Origin: Octopus sinensis
Taxonomy: Eukaryota
Direction of reading: 5' to 3'
DNA length: 21,715 bases
NCBI RefSeq assembly: GCF_006345805.1
Contig: NW_021823574.1
Span: 1 to 21,715 of the forward strand
Below the pieces are notes generated by a model. It was not told where the DNA came from and made no database searches. It saw nothing but the letters and a program-made list of their open reading frames with translations. Shown piece after piece: positions 21,704-21,715 of this stretch (the stretch's first letter is position 1; each line of letters begins with the position of its first letter). The position numbers and the translations under genes were made by a program.

Positions 21704-21715
21704 ATATATATACAA
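19665..21715. repeat. series of (TA)n/(TG)n microsatellites (about 19665-19845, 20181-20225, 20690-20890, 21415-21490, 21560-21715)
   Basis: Directly visible; separated by short unique AT-rich segments. Confidence 0.9.
21495..21553 (-). mobile_element. degenerate SINE family A tail
   Basis: TTCTTTTACTTCTATCAGTCATTAGACTGTGGGGAGGCTGCAGCATCACC resembles 5951-6010. Confidence 0.6.

Overview
AT-rich, microsatellite-dense eukaryotic non-coding DNA (intronic or intergenic). The SINE families and simple-repeat load look like an Octopus (coleoid cephalopod) genome; this is recognition from memory, not a search. No intact protein-coding gene can be supported, and almost all supplied ORFs are microsatellite or SINE read-through. 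The window is a layered mobile-element graveyard: (1) at least three tRNA-derived SINE families, labelled A, B and C here; (2) three separate remnants of R4/Dong-clade (RLE-type) non-LTR retrotransposons at 5251-5850 (+), 9860-10662 (-) and 14559-15078 (-), the last embedded in (TAA)n; (3) a hAT/Charlie-type MITE inserted into the RT catalytic MDD codons with an 8-bp TSD; (4) a ~550-bp unclassified TAA-flanked element in two copies; (5) a decayed Penelope-like element (RT thumb + GIY-YIG) at ~17760-18911. The most notable signal is three different minimal type I hammerhead-ribozyme-like motifs with loop-less (dimer-type) stem III. One directly follows the Penelope-like ORF stop (18867-18911 +), one lies in a tRNA-B-box/(AAT)n/hammerhead SINE-like unit (4526-4572 -), and one is a U3-A8 core variant (2520-2556 -). 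All three carry mismatches and may be inactive copies.
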